Source of the DNA: an uncultured Planctomycetota bacterium
GTDB taxonomy: Bacteria > Planctomycetota > Planctomycetia > Isosphaerales > Isosphaeraceae
Direction: 5' to 3'
Assembly (NCBI GenBank): GCA_963737655.1
Contig: CAVTTN010000002.1
Coordinates: forward strand, 6,304,001-6,368,000
DNA length: 64,000 nucleotides
The first letter of the stretch is position 1. Each line of letters starts with the position of its first letter. The position numbers were made by a program, and so were the translations under genes. This document shows, piece by piece, positions 61,720 to 64,000 of the stretch. The notes beneath the pieces were generated by a model that was not told where the DNA came from, ran no database searches, and saw nothing but the letters and a program-made list of their open reading frames with translations.

Positions 61720-61802
61720 GGGTGGCATGCCCAGGAAGGTCGGTGTTTCGGGCCGATTCGAATCGAAGACATGCCCACGAAGACGTGGGCATGCCACTCG
61801 GG
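61720..61802. repeat. Degenerate REP doublet (GGGTGGCATG family)
   Basis: GGGTGGCATGCCCAGGAAGG... and GACATGCCCACGAAGACGTGGGCATGCCAC between convergent genes. Confidence 0.8.
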
Positions 61803-61821
61803 ACAACCTCCGGGAGGGCAC

Positions 61822-62301
61822 TCATCGGGAGGCCGGCGTGGCCCACTTGATGTAGTAGAACGTCAGGGGGGTCTCGCCGGTGTTGACGATGCCGTGGGGG
61901 GCGTTGGGCGTGGTGTACATGACCGAGCCGGCGCCGACCTTGGTGGTCTTGCCCTCGCAGAAGATCTCGCCGTCCCCCTTCTCGACGATCATGACCTCTT
62001 CTTCGACGTGACGGTGGGGGGCGTGAGGGGTCTGGCCGGGGGCGAGGACGAACCGGCCGGTCACGAAATCGCGGCTGGCCGGGGTGTCGCCTTCGAGATA
62101 GGTCCCGACCTCGCCGACCTTCTTGCCGTCGTACTCGAACGGCCCCATCTTCACCTGGTCGAGGTTGACGGTCTGCGAGTTGAGGACCTTGGCCCGCTCC
62201 CGGGCGAAGGCGACTTCGCGGAAGGCCCAGCCGAGCCCGAGGGCGACGGCCAGGGCGGTCGGGACGATCACGGAGAATCGAGGCTTGGTCGCGGCGCTCA
62301 T
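61822..62301 (-). CDS. Cupin domain protein, exported
   Basis: PGQTPHAPHRHVEEE...PNAPHGIVNTG; N-terminal hydrophobic segment. Confidence 0.85.
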   Translation of the reverse strand: MSAATKPRFSVIVPTALAVALGLGWAFREVAFARERAKVLNSQTVNLDQVKMGPFEYDGKKVGEVGTYLEGDTPASRDFVTGRFVLAPGQTPHAPHRHVEEEVMIVEKGDGEIFCEGKTTKVGAGSVMYTTPNAPHGIVNTGETPLTFYYIKWATPASR

Positions 62302-62355
62302 CGGTCGTCCTCTCGTCTGGAGACTCGGCACTCAGCACTCGGCACGCCTCGGGCC

Positions 62356-63237
62356 TCAATCCTTCGGGAAGTCGGCCGGGATGGGCAGGGTGACCTTGCC
62401 GGTGGCGGCCCACTCGGCGCCTCGGGCGACGACGGTCTGGAACCCGGGGTCCTGGATCGAGGTCAGGTCGCCTCCGCCGACGTGCCCCATCACGGTGGTG
62501 AAGACGCGGCCCTTGCCATAGGGGATGGTCCAGATCATCGGCTCGTTGGTGCCGGTGCCGCCCTTGGCCTTGTCGGAATAGGCGGTGGCGAGGATGTGCA
62601 TGTCGGCGGCGGGGCCGCGCTGGCCGTGGTACAGCTCGTCGCGGGCGTGGAGCCACTCGTGGGGCATGCCCTGAGTCACGGGGTGCTCGGCGTCGCGGAC
62701 GACGATCTTGTAGGGATGCTGGGGTCCGTGGCCGGCGCCGGGGCCTTCGCCCTTGGGGGTGCGGACGACCTGGCCCTTGTCATCGAGGGTCAGGCGGTCG
62801 CCGAACCCGGGGCCTCGCCAGCCCAGGCCGATCATCTTGTTCCACTCGGTCCAGCCCTCGAAGGCGTTGTTGGCGGCGTGGACGACGACGAGCCCCCCGC
62901 CGTCGGCGACGTACTTTTCCAGGGCCTTCTGCACCGGCTCGGGCCAGGGCTGGCCGTTGTAGTTGCTCAGGACGACGTCGTACTTCGAGAACTCGGGTCG
63001 GAACGAGTCCCAGGCGGCCTGGGGCGCCCGGGAGTCGGGGGTGGTGGCGACGTCCACGGCGAATCGGCCGGTCTTCTCCAGCGACGCCTTCATCGGCGGG
63101 GTCATCGCCTTCCAGTCGTGGTTGTTCTGGCCGTCGATGATCAGGAGCTTGAGCGGCTCGGCGGCCGGGGACGAGCCGGCCCATGAGGCGGCCATCGCCA
63201 GGCCGAGGACCGCGAGGCGAGAACGGATCGAAGTCAT
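62356..63237 (-). CDS. ThuA-like domain protein, secreted
   Basis: LIIDGQNNHDW, GGGLVVVHAA, HPVT, DELY, YGKGRVFTTVMGH, RGAEWAA. Confidence 0.88.
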   Translation of the reverse strand: MTSIRSRLAVLGLAMAASWAGSSPAAEPLKLLIIDGQNNHDWKAMTPPMKASLEKTGRFAVDVATTPDSRAPQAAWDSFRPEFSKYDVVLSNYNGQPWPEPVQKALEKYVADGGGLVVVHAANNAFEGWTEWNKMIGLGWRGPGFGDRLTLDDKGQVVRTPKGEGPGAGHGPQHPYKIVVRDAEHPVTQGMPHEWLHARDELYHGQRGPAADMHILATAYSDKAKGGTGTNEPMIWTIPYGKGRVFTTVMGHVGGGDLTSIQDPGFQTVVARGAEWAATGKVTLPIPADFPKD

Positions 63238-63323
63238 GGGAACCCCTGTCCATGTCCGAGGATGAGAACCACACCCCTCGCACTCGGCCCCGAACGGCCC
63301 TCCCGGGCCCCTGGGGAATCCAA

Positions 63324-64000
63324 TCAGGTGGCCGCCGGGGTGGACGCCGCGGGCCGGGGCTGGCGAGCCATTCTCCGGGCCCGGGTCCCGTCTCGCCAGC
63401 CCTCACGGGTGGCCGCCTGGACTTGACGATACAGGGACCACTCGCGAGACAGTTGACCGTAGCGGCGGACCGCCACGGGAAACATCAGCAGCCCCGGCCG
63501 GTGGGGCATCCCCACCAGGGTCAAATACATGTACCGCCACGGGCGGAGGTGGGGCGGCGACCACCGGCCGAGGATGAAGGCCTGGTTATACGCCGGATTC
63601 ACGCACTTCATCATCAGGTCCCCGTGCCGGCCGGCCACGTACGCCGTGTTCGAGGGGTAATGATCGACGAGGTTGCCGAAGTCGAACACGACGCGGAAGC
63701 CCCGGGCCGCCACCTGGAGGCAGGCGTCCATCTCGAAGCTGTTCCAGTACGGCCTCAGGGCGTCCTCGAACCGATCGAACGCGGCTCGGCGGAGGCTCAT
63801 GTTGTAGCCGACCAGGTGGCTCACATCGCGGGGGGGCCGGGACTGCCAGGAGACGTCCTGGTCGTACATGTTCCCATGAGATTGGCCGTACCAGCTCAGG
63901 TGGCCGATCGGCTCGCGAGAGCGTCGGGGGAACGGCGAGCCGTCGGCGAAGTAGTCGTCGGCCGGTCCGCCGACGGCGCCGATGGTGGGGTCGTCGTACA
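63324..64000 (-). CDS. Glycosyltransferase family 2 (C-terminal part; 5' end outside the window)
   Basis: YDDPTIGAVGG, HLVGYNMSLRR, FEMDACL...GFRVVFD. Confidence 0.75.
   Translation of the reverse strand, partial: YDDPTIGAVGGPADDYFADGSPFPRRSREPIGHLSWYGQSHGNMYDQDVSWQSRPPRDVSHLVGYNMSLRRAAFDRFEDALRPYWNSFEMDACLQVAARGFRVVFDFGNLVDHYPSNTAYVAGRHGDLMMKCVNPAYNQAFILGRWSPPHLRPWRYMYLTLVGMPHRPGLLMFPVAVRRYGQLSREWSLYRQVQAATREGWRDGTRARRMARQPRPAASTPAAT

Overview
Very GC-rich bacterial DNA whose gene content points to Planctomycetota, probably Isosphaeraceae-like. The markers are two DUF1501 genes, a DUF1559 pilin-like gene, three PVC-type heme-binding beta-propeller proteins, ThuA domains and a PEP-CTERM gene. 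It holds about 40 CDS; I saw no rRNA, tRNA, CRISPR array or transposase. Several long genes are split by frameshifts that are repaired by adding one base to a short G/C run, which looks like long-read error rather than decay. The main candidates for new biology are: (i) a coupled four-gene operon of PaaK-like adenylating enzyme, RoxA-like di-heme cytochrome c, bCerS/YghO-like GNAT and Acg-like nitroreductase (35349-40516); (ii) a cluster of three DUF1573 proteins, an 8-Cys secreted peptide, a membrane-anchored protein and DUF1559 (10473-14347); (iii) a probable ~1,666-aa REC-PP2C-CHASE3-PAS-LOV-PAS-PAS-kinase-REC-REC fusion (30173-35172); (iv) a lower-GC island (about 54960-57780) in which single genes alternate with palindromic elements, including a HEPN-motif gene interrupted by an exact 19-bp tandem duplication; (v) a Methylorubrum FDH1-type two-subunit formate dehydrogenase. 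All family assignments come from motif recognition by eye, not database searches.
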